This document shows positions 1 to 9,240 of a DNA stretch of 64,000 nt, piece after piece. Under the pieces are notes generated by a model that ran no database searches, was not told where the DNA came from, and saw nothing but the letters and a program-made list of their open reading frames with translations. The DNA comes from an uncultured Methylomirabilota bacterium (GTDB lineage: Bacteria; Methylomirabilota; Methylomirabilia; Methylomirabilales; 2-02-FULL-66-22). The translations under genes were made by a program, and so were the position numbers. Location of the stretch: the NCBI GenBank assembly GCA_963845565.1, contig CAWJSJ010000005.1, positions 896,001-960,000 of the forward strand, written 5' to 3'. Numbering within the stretch: the stretch's first letter is position 1; every line of letters starts with the position of its first letter.

Positions 1-853
1 GTTCCGGCAGATCAGGGTGAGATCGCCGCCCGCTTCCAGGAAGCGCACGGCCGCCTCGCCGATGTCGAAGCCGGCGATGATGGCCCCCATCTCCAGGTCG
101 TCGCTCACCACCACACCGTCGAAGCCGAGCTCGGTGCGCAGGATGTCCGTCGTGACGATCCGGGACAGACTGCTGGGTGCGGCGGGATCGAGGGCTGGGC
201 AGGCAAGATGTGCCACCAGGATGCTCGGCATGCCGGCCTGGATCGCCGCGCGAAAGGGCGGAAACTCCACCATCCTCCACCGGTCGCCGGTCTGTGGGCT
301 CTCCGGCAGGGCGAGGTGGGAATCCGCGGCCGTCTCACCGTGCCCCGGAAAATGCTTGCCCGTCGTCAGGATGCCGACATCCTCGAATCCCCTGAAGGCG
401 GCCAGGCCCATCCGCGCCACACGGTCCGGCTCATGGCTGAAGGCCCGGTCGCCGATGACGGGGTTCCCGGGGTTGGTATGGACGTCCAGGACGGGTGCGA
501 GATTCCAGGTGAACCCGGCCGCCCGGAGTTCCTGGCCCATGGCCCTGGCGACGCTGCGGGTGAGGTCCGGGTCGTCGATGGCGCCCAGCACCGCGGCCGC
601 CGGCGGCGCCAGGAACGGCGCGGGAAGCCGGACGACGCGCCCCCCTTCCTGATCCACGCCGACCAGGAGCGGCGCCCCGGCCTGGCGGTGCACCTCTGCC
701 GTCAGGGCGCAGACCTGCTCCAGGTCGCGCAGATTGCGCTTGAAGAGGATCACGCCGCCCAGACCGCGCCGGAGCAGGGCGCGGATATACTCCGGCGGCG
801 TCGTCCCCGTCGAACCCGAAACAGAACAGCCGCAGCAGGTTGACGCCCGTCAT
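1..853 (-). CDS. nagZ: beta-N-acetylhexosaminidase (GH3), runs off the window edge; frameshift near 5' end
   Basis: Manual translation of the minus strand gives VDQEGGRVVRL, NLAPVLDV, IGDRAF, KHFPGHG and VVSDDLEM, all GH3 NagZ motifs. ATG at 853 (MTGVNLLRLFCFGFDG), with a frame change around 780-810. Confidence 0.88.
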
Positions 854-1609
854 CGCGTTCCCCGCTTCCGCCAGGAACGCGCGCTCGTACTGCTCCAGCT
901 GCTCCGGTCGAACGTCGGGCCACGTCTGCATCTCGCGGTAGAGCCCCTCCGCGTCGCGCGTCACCCGTTCGCCGACGATCTGGGTCGCGGCGGTCAGGTT
1001 CGTGAAACGCCGGTCGATCACCCCGTGCAACAACGGGGAGATCAGCTTCAGCGTCCCGTGCGCCAGCATGTTATCGAGCCGAACGTACAGCTGGGGAACG
1101 ACCTCCAGCGTCGGATCCGCGGCGTGTCCGGACTCCCGGTAATCCAGCGTGAACACCATGTTGCCGGAGAGGTTCAGCAGGTACGCGAGGGACCGGAACT
1201 GCCCCTGACAAAAATAGACCCGGCGGGTTCCCGTCGCGGGCGACGAGCCGGAAGCTTCCTCGCAACGCGCCCAGATCGTTGACATCAAACGACCCGTCCT
1301 CCCGGACGGTGACATGATATCGCTCCAAGGGGGGATACAGGTGTCGCGCCAGCGTGGCGGCGAGGTCCGGTCTGTCGAGGAGCCAGTCGGCAACACGCGT
1401 CGTTCCATGGAAGCGGACGGGCTGGAGGTTGCGGGCCAGCGTGTACTTCTCCACGACCTCCCGGGTGGGCAGATCGGTCACCGTCACGCCGTTCAGCGTG
1501 AAGACCGCCTCCGCGCCGGATGCCAGAAGCAGCACGCAAACGGCGAGCGTCCCCAGACGACCTTTCCACCCCCTGCCTGCGCCCGGCGTCCGGCGCCGTG
1601 TTGATTCAT
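850..1609 (-). CDS. exported hypothetical protein, frameshifted; ends approximate
   Basis: Signal-peptide-like LAVCVLLLASGAEA and the N-half are in ORF 1071..2048. The C-half (RVYFCQGQFRSL...YERAFLAEAG) is in ORF 431..1408. Confidence 0.55.
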
Positions 1610-1700
1610 TTGACAGGGCTCCACCCCACGCACTATAAGGAACCGGCGGCAGGCCCTCGCGGCGGCCGCGGCGCACGGCATGTGCGGATTGCGAGGACAC

Positions 1701-2947
1701 GTGACGACCAGGACGAAGCTCTACTGGGTGACCCTGCTGTACTTCGCCGAGGGGTTTCCCTTCGGCATCCTGAACGACGCACTGCCTGTGTATTTTCGGG
1801 TGCACGGGGTCCGCCTTGCCGATATCGGGCTTGTTAAGCCTGGTCGGGCTTCCCTGGACGCTCAAATTCCTCTGGGCGCCGGCGCTCGACCGGTGGGGCC
1901 GGCGACGCACCTGGGTGGTGGGCTGCCAGGCGCTGCTCGCCGCCGGCATGATGGCCCTCCTGGCGCTGAATCCCTCGCAGGTCGACGGCCGCCTGTGGCT
2001 GGTGCTGATTGCCCTCGCCCTGTTCTCCGCCACGCAGGACATCGCCATCGACGCCTACACGATCGAACTGCTGGATCCGGCGGAGATGGGGCCGGCCAAT
2101 GGCATCCGGGTCACCGCCTACCGCGTGGCCCTGATCGCGCCGGGGCGTCTCTTTGTGGCGCTGGCCGGCCTGATCGGCTGGCCGGCCGCATTTGCGGGGG
2201 CGGCAACCCTCATGGGCGTGTCCTGCCTGTGCTGTCCTGCGGATGCCTGCCGCGCCCGCCTCACTCCACCTCGGGAGTGGGCGCACCTGCGGGGGTGCGC
2301 CCTCGCCGCTGTTCTGGAGCCCACTGCGACAGTTCGCCCGCGTCCCGGGATTCGCTCTACGTCGTGCTCTTCGTGCTGGCCTTCAAGCTGGGCGACATGG
2401 CGCTGGGCCCGATGGTGCGGCCGTTCTGGGTGGACGCCACTTCACCCCGGTCCAGATCGGCGCCATCCCGGGAACGCTGGGCGTCATCAGCCACCATCGC
2501 GGGCGCGCTGGTGGGCGGACACCTCACCGGCCGATGGGGCGTCTTCCGGGCCCTCTGGGTCCTGGGGATCGCGCAAGCGGCCTCGAACCTCGTGTATGCG
2601 GGTGCCGCGGCCCTGCCACCCTCGACCCCGCTCATGTACGCGGCGTCGGTGGTGGAATCCTTCTGCGGCGGCCTGGGCACGGCGCCCTTTCTCGGCGTTC
2701 CTGATGAGTATCTGCGACAAGGCCCACGCCGCCACGCAGTACGCGCTGCTGAGCGCCCTCTTCGGGTTGACCCGAGTTGGCTTGTCGGGCGCCCTGTCGG
2801 GGTGGGCCACGGAGCGCCTCGGTTACACCGTCTACTTCACCCTGACGTTCGTGCTCGCCTGGCCGGCGCTCTTCTTGCTTCCGCGGGTCCGGGGGTGGAG
2901 TGCGGAACACGCCGACCGAACCGCCCGCTCCCGCGACGCCCCAGTAA
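1701..2947 (+). CDS. ampG: AmpG-like MFS muropeptide permease, several frameshifts; 3' end approximate
   Basis: LYFAEGFPFG, LPWTLKFLWAPALDR, SATQDIAIDAY, FKLGD and ATQYALLSAL motifs are distributed over ORFs 1680..3107, 1816..3141 and 2192..2704. Confidence 0.8.
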
Positions 2948-3014
2948 AGCCGGCGTGGGGGCCGCCAGGAGCGGCCCCGACGACCCGTTACCCGTTCGCC
3001 CCGAACGTCGGCAA

Positions 3015-4313
3015 TCAGAGCAGGCGCTCTCCCTTCCGGAAGAACCGCTGGAATCCCTCGCGGTCCCCGGCGGCGGCCGCCAGCCGCTTCATGCCCTCCT
3101 TCAGTGACTCCGTGTCCGTGGCGATGGACAGCCGGAGATAGTGCATCTGCTCGGTCCCGATCCGGCCGAACGACTTCCGGTCCAGCGTGGCCACCAGGTG
3201 GTCGAAGAGCAGGAACATCTGGAAGAGCGTGGACGGGCTGGTCTTCTTCCGCACGTCCGGCGGCAGGCTCTGGAACGCCTCCATGATCCCGAGGCGCTGG
3301 CAGACGCCGGCGATGTTCGGGAAGACGTAAAATGCCCCCTTCGGGTTCTGGCAGCGCACGCCGTCGATGGCGTTCAGGCTCCGCACCACCAGGTCGCGCC
3401 GCTCCTGGAAGACGGCCGCCATCTCGCCGATCGTCTTGGCGACCTGGGGCGACTCCAAGCCGACGCGGGCCCCCTCCTGGTTGTAGGCGGGAACGCAGGA
3501 GAAGTAATTGATGTTCAGGTTCCGGGACAGGTCGGCCTCTTCCTTGGTGGGGTAGAGGGCCCAGCCGATCCGCCCGCCCGTCCACGCGAAACTCTTCGAG
3601 GCGCCGCCGACCAGGATGGTGATCTTCTCCATCCCGGGGCACGAGACGATGCTGTGGTGCTGGCTGCCGTCGAAAAGGATGTGCTCGTACACCTCGTCGG
3701 AGTAGACGCGCACGTTCTGCCCACAGCGCTTCAGGATGACATCGGCGATCTCCTGAAGCTGCTCCCGGGACGCCACGCCGCCGGTGGGGTTCGAGGGGAA
3801 GTTGAGATAGATGAGCTTGGTCCGCTCGGAGAGGAGTGGGGCCAATTCCTTCCCCGACAGGCTGAAGCCCTTGGTCTCGTCCAGGTGGATCGGCACGGGC
3901 TTGGCGCCGACGTAGCTGACGAACGACTCGTAGATCGGAAAGCCCGGGCTAGGATACACCACCTCGTCGCCGGGGTTGCAGTAGGTCTGCTGACAGAAAC
4001 CGATCGGCGGCTTGGCGCCGGGATACACCACCACCCGATCCGGGGTGGCTTGGATCCCGCGGGTCTCACTGAAATACTTGGCGACCGCTTTCCGGAGGGG
4101 GAGAATGCCCTGCGGGTCGCAGTAGTGGGTATTGTCGAGGTCGAGCTGGCGCTTCACCTCGTCCTTGATGGGCTGCGGGATGGGAAAGTCCGGTTCCCCC
4201 AGGTTGCACTTGATGACTCGCTTGCCCTGTTCCTCGAGTTGGCGGATAAACGGTCCGACCTTGAACGCGTTCTCGGTGTCGATGAGTCCGACTCGCTCGG
4301 CGAATAAGGCCAC
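3015..4313 (-). CDS. PLP-dependent aminotransferase class I/II (aspartate aminotransferase-like)
   Basis: NLGEPDF, NFPSNPTGG, SDEVY and SKSFAWTGGRIG (PLP lysine). Confidence 0.9.
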   Translation of the reverse strand: MALFAERVGLIDTENAFKVGPFIRQLEEQGKRVIKCNLGEPDFPIPQPIKDEVKRQLDLDNTHYCDPQGILPLRKAVAKYFSETRGIQATPDRVVVYPGAKPPIGFCQQTYCNPGDEVVYPSPGFPIYESFVSYVGAKPVPIHLDETKGFSLSGKELAPLLSERTKLIYLNFPSNPTGGVASREQLQEIADVILKRCGQNVRVYSDEVYEHILFDGSQHHSIVSCPGMEKITILVGGASKSFAWTGGRIGWALYPTKEEADLSRNLNINYFSCVPAYNQEGARVGLESPQVAKTIGEMAAVFQERRDLVVRSLNAIDGVRCQNPKGAFYVFPNIAGVCQRLGIMEAFQSLPPDVRKKTSPSTLFQMFLLFDHLVATLDRKSFGRIGTEQMHYLRLSIATDTESLKEGMKRLAAAAGDREGFQRFFRKGERLL

Positions 4314-4407
4314 GGCGTGCTCCTTTCGTTTATCCCTGGGATCTCCGTGTTCTTGGGTCCGTGTCGCGACGGATGGGTCGCCTGGCGACTCTCGTGTGGG
4401 GGTCGCC

Positions 4408-4818
4408 TCACACCGGCGGTGTGGGTTTCCCTTGGGCGAGGGCCAGGCGCAGCATGTTCACGAGCCGCTCGGCGGAGAGCGCCTTGAGCGCGATAATCTC
4501 CGCCCCGGCCTTGAACGCCTTTTCGTTGAGCTTGGGGTCGTTGGTGCCGGTCAGGATGACGACCGGGATGTGCTTCAGGTCGGCATCCTTCTTGAGTTCC
4601 TCGCACACCGCGAAGCCGTTCATGCCCGGCATCTCGATGTCCAGGAGGATGGCGTCAGGCGGCTGCTTCTTGGCGAACGTCAATCCCTCGGGACCACTGG
4701 CCGCCACCTGGACCCGGAATCCTTGCTGCTCCAGGACGTTTCGGAGCATGGTCGTGAAGAACGGCTGATCGTCGATCACAAGCACCGCTGCCGAACGGGC
4801 GTCTGCCGGGGTAGCCAT
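4408..4818 (-). CDS. single-domain response regulator (CheY-like receiver)
   Basis: VLVIDD, ILLDIEMPGMNG, VVILT and the conserved Lys. Confidence 0.9.
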   Translation of the reverse strand: MATPADARSAAVLVIDDQPFFTTMLRNVLEQQGFRVQVAASGPEGLTFAKKQPPDAILLDIEMPGMNGFAVCEELKKDADLKHIPVVILTGTNDPKLNEKAFKAGAEIIALKALSAERLVNMLRLALAQGKPTPPV

Positions 4819-4860
4819 GGTGTTGCCTCCTTCACCGAACGGTCTGATATCCCCGGGCCG

Positions 4861-5976
4861 TCATGCGCGGCGCGGCTCGGGGTGGCCCCATGAGTCTGGG
4901 GGCAGCATGGGTGCGAGGATCTCGGCGGCGACGTCAGCGCCGTCGGCGGGCAGATCCCGCCAGGTCCGCGGCTGCCCCAACAGGCCGTCGAGCGCGCCAC
5001 GCCAGTTGCCCGCGAGGAGGTCGGCGTTCTCGATGAAACGGCAGACGCCGAACCGCTGCAGCCCCTCGACCAGGCAGGCGTACTCCGGGAACTCTCCCCG
5101 GGAGGTATACAGGACCGGGACGTGATTGGCCAGACAATCCGACACGATGCCGTACCCCGGCTTGGTGATGACCGCATCGGCCTGGGCTACCACGTCCTCG
5201 TAGCGCAGGCCGTCCAGCGCAACCGTCCGGACGTTCCGGACGGGGCGGGGCGGAGCCTGCGTGGTCAGAAATTGGTACTTGTCCAGTTGCTGCACCCGCT
5301 CGAAGTCGATCCCCCGGGTGTCGAACCCGCCAAACGACAGCAAGACTGTCGGCCGACCCTCGGAAAGCCCGAGCCGACGTCGCGCCTCGGCGCGCGGGCA
5401 GCGGGCGCGGCGCGCGACCATCGGGATGTCCCGGACGACCGGGAACGCGTCGCAGGGACCATGAAAGGGTAGCCGCAAGAACAGATCCGCCTCTGCGTAC
5501 GCGGCCCGGATCGCCTCGAGCAGCGGCGCACGGTCCGGAAGGTCCCGAACGTATGCGGCATAGATCCAGTCCCAGGAAAAGTTGCTAATCCCTACGCCGG
5601 GGACGCCGGCCTGCCGCGCCACCGGAAAAGCCGCCGGCGGGATGTCCGCGACGACCAGGTCCACCCGCGACCGGCGCAGGAGCGCCGCCTCCTCTTCGAC
5701 AACCGCGGCCTGCGTCTCCAGGACCCGCGTGTACGCCTCCAGCGTCGCCTGGGCGTTCAGGCGAATCGCGTCCTCCTGGATGACCCCGACGTCCAGCGCG
5801 CGGGACCGGAAGTCAAAGGGCGCGGCCAGGTTCAGCCGGAACACCCATTCCGGCGCGGTCGAGATCAGGCTGAGCCGGAGGCCGGGCACGCGCCCAACCA
5901 GCGCTCCGAGGATGGCGGCCATGCGTGTGGCGTGGCCGAATCCGTGTCCGGTGATGTACGCGGCAACGTGTGCCAT
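4861..5976 (-). CDS. GT-B fold glycosyltransferase-like protein (resembles the N-terminal domain of L-arabinokinase)
   Basis: YITGHGFGHATR, SNFSWDWIY, LLSFGG and ITKPGYGIVSD. Confidence 0.75.
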   Translation of the reverse strand: MAHVAAYITGHGFGHATRMAAILGALVGRVPGLRLSLISTAPEWVFRLNLAAPFDFRSRALDVGVIQEDAIRLNAQATLEAYTRVLETQAAVVEEEAALLRRSRVDLVVADIPPAAFPVARQAGVPGVGISNFSWDWIYAAYVRDLPDRAPLLEAIRAAYAEADLFLRLPFHGPCDAFPVVRDIPMVARRARCPRAEARRRLGLSEGRPTVLLSFGGFDTRGIDFERVQQLDKYQFLTTQAPPRPVRNVRTVALDGLRYEDVVAQADAVITKPGYGIVSDCLANHVPVLYTSRGEFPEYACLVEGLQRFGVCRFIENADLLAGNWRGALDGLLGQPRTWRDLPADGADVAAEILAPMLPPDSWGHPEPRRA

Positions 5977-6088
5977 GGGTGTCGTCGATCACGCTGCAAG
6001 TAAGTATAGTAAACTCGCCGGCCATTGCAAGGAGTTTGACTCTGATCAGCCCACGGATGGCCGCGCCGGATTCCTGGCGGCTTCGGGT

Positions 6089-6541
6089 TCAACCCCGACG
6101 TGCCTGGAGGGTCTCGTAAGCCTGCTGGATCGCGAGAAGTTTCCGATGCGCGAGGTCCTGGAATTCTTTTCCGAGGTGGGCGACCTTGTCTGGGTGATAG
6201 CGAGACACCGCCCGCCGGTAGGCGCTCTTGATCTCGTCGGCGGAGGCTCCCGGCGATACCTCCAGCAACGCGTAGGGGTCCATCCGGTCGAAATCGCCCG
6301 CGAGATCCTCGGGACGCGGGCCACCCGACGGCGCCCGCCGGGAGCCCTGGGCGCGCCCGCGGAAGACGTCCCAGGGAGACCGCCCGGCTTGTTGCCTCGT
6401 GAGATACCACACGAGGCATCCGACGACGATGAGGTCGTCCACCCAGCCCAATCCGGGCAGGAAGTCGGGCACCACGTCCACGGGGCTTATCACGTAAAAG
6501 ATTGAGGCCAGGATCGGCAGAAGCTTTCGCAGAAGCAGCAT
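6089..6541 (-). CDS. DUF1232 (YkvA) membrane domain fused to a C-terminal J-domain
   Basis: YVISPVDVVPDFLPGLGWVDD, then DPYALLEV...YHPDKV (HPD motif). Confidence 0.85.
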   Translation of the reverse strand: MLLLRKLLPILASIFYVISPVDVVPDFLPGLGWVDDLIVVGCLVWYLTRQQAGRSPWDVFRGRAQGSRRAPSGGPRPEDLAGDFDRMDPYALLEVSPGASADEIKSAYRRAVSRYHPDKVAHLGKEFQDLAHRKLLAIQQAYETLQARRG

Positions 6542-6707
6542 CCAGTGTTCCTCCGGACTGTGCGCTATCATTCTTACCACACTTTCCGGACGGCTCAAAG
6601 GGCGGCCGTTCGAGTCGCGCGTTGACGCGGCGCGGGCCGTTCGACTACCATGGCGTGCAGAGCGAACGGATACACACCGTAACCTGTCGATCTCGTAGAG
6701 GGGTGTC

Positions 6708-7601
6708 GTGATGACGACCACGGAACGCCGTCGCCACCTTCGCCGCAGTTTCCTTTACGTCCCGGGCAGCGAGGAGCGGAAACTGGCCAAAGCACCGACG
6801 CTGGGCGCCGATGCGGTGATCCTGGATTTGGAAGACTCGGTCGCTCCCGAGCGGAAAGCCGAGGCGCGCGATCGAATCCTCGGCCTGCTGCGGACGCAAG
6901 CGCACCCCGCGGTCGAGTGGCTTATCCGTCTGAACGGACTGGCGAGCACCCACTTCGGGGCCGATCTGGCCTGTGGCGTTGCCGCCAGGCCGGACGGTGT
7001 GGTGATTCCGAAGGTGGAGGATCCGGCCATGCTGCGAGAGGCCGATGCGCGGTTGGGCGCCGCCGAGCGGGAGGCCGGCCACCCGGTCGGGAGTCTTCGG
7101 CTGTTCGCCATGATCGAAAGTGCCCGGGCAGTCCTCAACGCGCAGGCCATCGCCGCCGCGACGCCCCGCTTACAGGCGCTGATTCTCGGCCACGTGGACC
7201 TCTTGCGGGACTTGGGACTCACTCCCGGACCGGCGGGGCAGGGAACCGTCCAGCATGCGCGCTGTCATCTAGTCCTGGCGGCCCGCGCGGCTGGGGTGGA
7301 CGCCGTGGATGCCATCTATCTCAACATCCAGGATCACGACGGCCTGCGCGGCGAGGCGATCCAGGCCGCCGGCATGGGCTTTGTCGGGAAACAAGTCATC
7401 CATCCAGGGCAGATTCCCCTCGTTCACGCCGCCTTCACGCCATCGGCGGAGCGTGTGCAGCGCGCGGAGCGAATCCTGGAGGTCTGGCAGACAGCCCAGG
7501 CCGAGGGGAAAGGCGTGGTCGCCTTGGACGGCATGCTGATCGAGCCTCCGGTGATCGCCATGGAACAACTGGTCCTCGAGCGCGCCCGACAGTCTCGTTG
7601 A
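6708..7601 (+). CDS. CitE/HpcH family CoA-ester lyase (citrate lyase beta subunit-like)
   Basis: RRSFLYVPG, ILDLEDSV, GFVGKQVIHPGQI and GVVALDGMLIEPP. Confidence 0.88.
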   Translation: MMTTTERRRHLRRSFLYVPGSEERKLAKAPTLGADAVILDLEDSVAPERKAEARDRILGLLRTQAHPAVEWLIRLNGLASTHFGADLACGVAARPDGVVIPKVEDPAMLREADARLGAAEREAGHPVGSLRLFAMIESARAVLNAQAIAAATPRLQALILGHVDLLRDLGLTPGPAGQGTVQHARCHLVLAARAAGVDAVDAIYLNIQDHDGLRGEAIQAAGMGFVGKQVIHPGQIPLVHAAFTPSAERVQRAERILEVWQTAQAEGKGVVALDGMLIEPPVIAMEQLVLERARQSR

Positions 7602-7647
7602 CGTGGTATTGGACCGGGGTGCCGGCGCGCCGATGCCGGTATCGCGG

Positions 7648-7681
7648 AAAAATCCCCCCTTCCGGATACGGAAGGGGGGAT
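7648..7681 (-). terminator. intrinsic terminator after the binding-protein gene (between convergent genes)
   Basis: 13-bp stem at 7652-7664/7669-7681 with a GATA loop. The A-run at 7648-7652 gives a U-tail on the minus strand. Confidence 0.7.
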
Positions 7682-7702
7682 CGGGGTTGACGCCCGGTCA
7701 GC

Positions 7703-8953
7703 CTACGGCCGCTTGAACTCGCAAGGGTTGTCCTCTTTTGTCGCGGCAATGATCTCGAGACTTTCGTTCTTGTCGGGGACCTCGCCGGCGATCTTCCAGA
7801 TGTCCCACTGATCCTTCGCCTCACTCTTCTTTTTCCCGAGGGCGACCCAAATGGGCTGCATCAACTGGCGGTCCCAGGTTCGGAAATACAGATCGCGCCC
7901 CTTGCCACCATCGAACTTGATCTTCTCCATCGCCTCCACGACCTTCGTGCTGTCGGTCGTTCCGGCTTGCTGCATCGCTAGGGCGATGGCCTTCACCCCG
8001 ATGTAATCGCCCCAGGCTTGGTTCTCCGGGGGCTTCCCATACTTCTTGATGAAACTTGCCGAGAATCGCTTGCTCCCTTCGTAGGGGAGGTCGTACCACC
8101 ACAGCAGCGGGAAGGAACCGGTGATGGCTCCGGCGCCGACCGGCCACATGAGGAGGGTATCGATCAGTCCCCCGGCGACTTCCGTGGTCATGCCGAACTC
8201 CGCATACTGCTTCATGAAGTTAGTCTGGTCGGTGCCCGCCAGATTCTGGAACACCACGTCGGGGTTACCGCTTTTGACCTTGAGCAGATAGGAGCTGAAA
8301 TCCACGGTCCCCGTCGGGATCAATTCACTCCCGACTTCGGTGCCACCCATCTTCTTCAAGAGGCCGCGCGAGACGCGCAGCAGGTCATGCCCGAAGGCAT
8401 AATCGGAGGTCAGGAAGTACCATCGCTTGTACTGCTTCTCCTTGATCAGGTACCGGCCGATGGTGTTGACGTACTGCGAATTGGATCCTTCCACCGAGAA
8501 GGTATAGTAATTACAGCGCTTCCCCCGGATCTCATCCGAGTTGGAACCGGTGTTGACCAACAACACCTTGGCGCGGTCCGCCACATCCATCACCGCCAGA
8601 CACACGGCGCTGCTCACCGTCCCCAGCAGCGCGTCTACCTTCTCCTGCTGGATAAGCTTGGTGGCTTTTTGCACCGCCACCCCGGGATTCATGTCGTCCT
8701 CGGGCAGCAGGCGCAACTCGCGCCCCAGGACCCCTCCGGCGGCGTTCACTTCTTCCACCGCCAGAGACGCTGCTTTGATCATGTACTCGCCCATCGGCGA
8801 CAGAAATCCGCTCTGGGGAATCAAATGTCCGAGCTTGATGGGCTGCCGCTGGGCCCTCAGGATGGCCGGGGCAAAAATCCCCCCGGCACCCGCCGCCGCT
8901 GCCGTCGCACCTGCCGCCTTCAGAAAGGCTCTGCGCGTCGTCCCGTTTCGCAT
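7703..8953 (-). CDS. branched-chain amino acid-type ABC substrate-binding protein (Tat signal)
   Basis: TRRAFLK twin-arginine motif and LivJ/K-like fold (EEVNAAGGVLGRE, DYAFG). Confidence 0.88.
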   Translation of the reverse strand: MRNGTTRRAFLKAAGATAAAAGAGGIFAPAILRAQRQPIKLGHLIPQSGFLSPMGEYMIKAASLAVEEVNAAGGVLGRELRLLPEDDMNPGVAVQKATKLIQQEKVDALLGTVSSAVCLAVMDVADRAKVLLVNTGSNSDEIRGKRCNYYTFSVEGSNSQYVNTIGRYLIKEKQYKRWYFLTSDYAFGHDLLRVSRGLLKKMGGTEVGSELIPTGTVDFSSYLLKVKSGNPDVVFQNLAGTDQTNFMKQYAEFGMTTEVAGGLIDTLLMWPVGAGAITGSFPLLWWYDLPYEGSKRFSASFIKKYGKPPENQAWGDYIGVKAIALAMQQAGTTDSTKVVEAMEKIKFDGGKGRDLYFRTWDRQLMQPIWVALGKKKSEAKDQWDIWKIAGEVPDKNESLEIIAATKEDNPCEFKRP

Positions 8954-9055
8954 TGGCTTTCCTCCCGCAACCATTCGTGTGCACGCCGTGTCCGTGTCGG
9001 TCAATCGTCCGCCGCCGTCGGCCGCATCACCTCCTTCCTGTCAGGTTCGCGACGT

Positions 9056-9085
9056 ATCATGGCCCAAGGCGGAGAAGGCTGTCAA
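9056..9085 (-). promoter_or_regulatory. sigma70-like promoter for the 7703..8953 gene
   Basis: TTGACA-N18-CATGAT on the minus strand. Confidence 0.5.
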
Positions 9086-9170
9086 TAGTCACCGCGTGCC
9101 GGTCGCACGGGAGACCCACGGGGACGCCTGACCCCGGGTCCGCGGGAGGCGACCGTCGAACCGGGCGTGG

Positions 9171-9211
9171 AAAAAAGGGAACGGGGCAAGGTCACGCGGA
9201 CCCTGCCCCGT
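9171..9211 (-). terminator. intrinsic terminator after the liv fusion gene
   Basis: Stem ACGGGGCAGGGTC/GACCTTGCCCCGT followed by TCCCTTTTTT on the minus strand. Confidence 0.65.
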
Positions 9212-9240
9212 CATCGTCCCCGCCCAGAGGTCGTCTCGTG

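Noticed and set aside
431..1408. Apparent fusion of the hypothetical protein to the NagZ N-terminus
   Set aside because: Likely a single-base error near the ATGA overlap at 850-853; the region is indel-rich.
1701..2947. Pseudogene status for ampG and the other broken genes
   Set aside because: Motifs are intact across frames, and the error pattern fits sequencing artefacts better.
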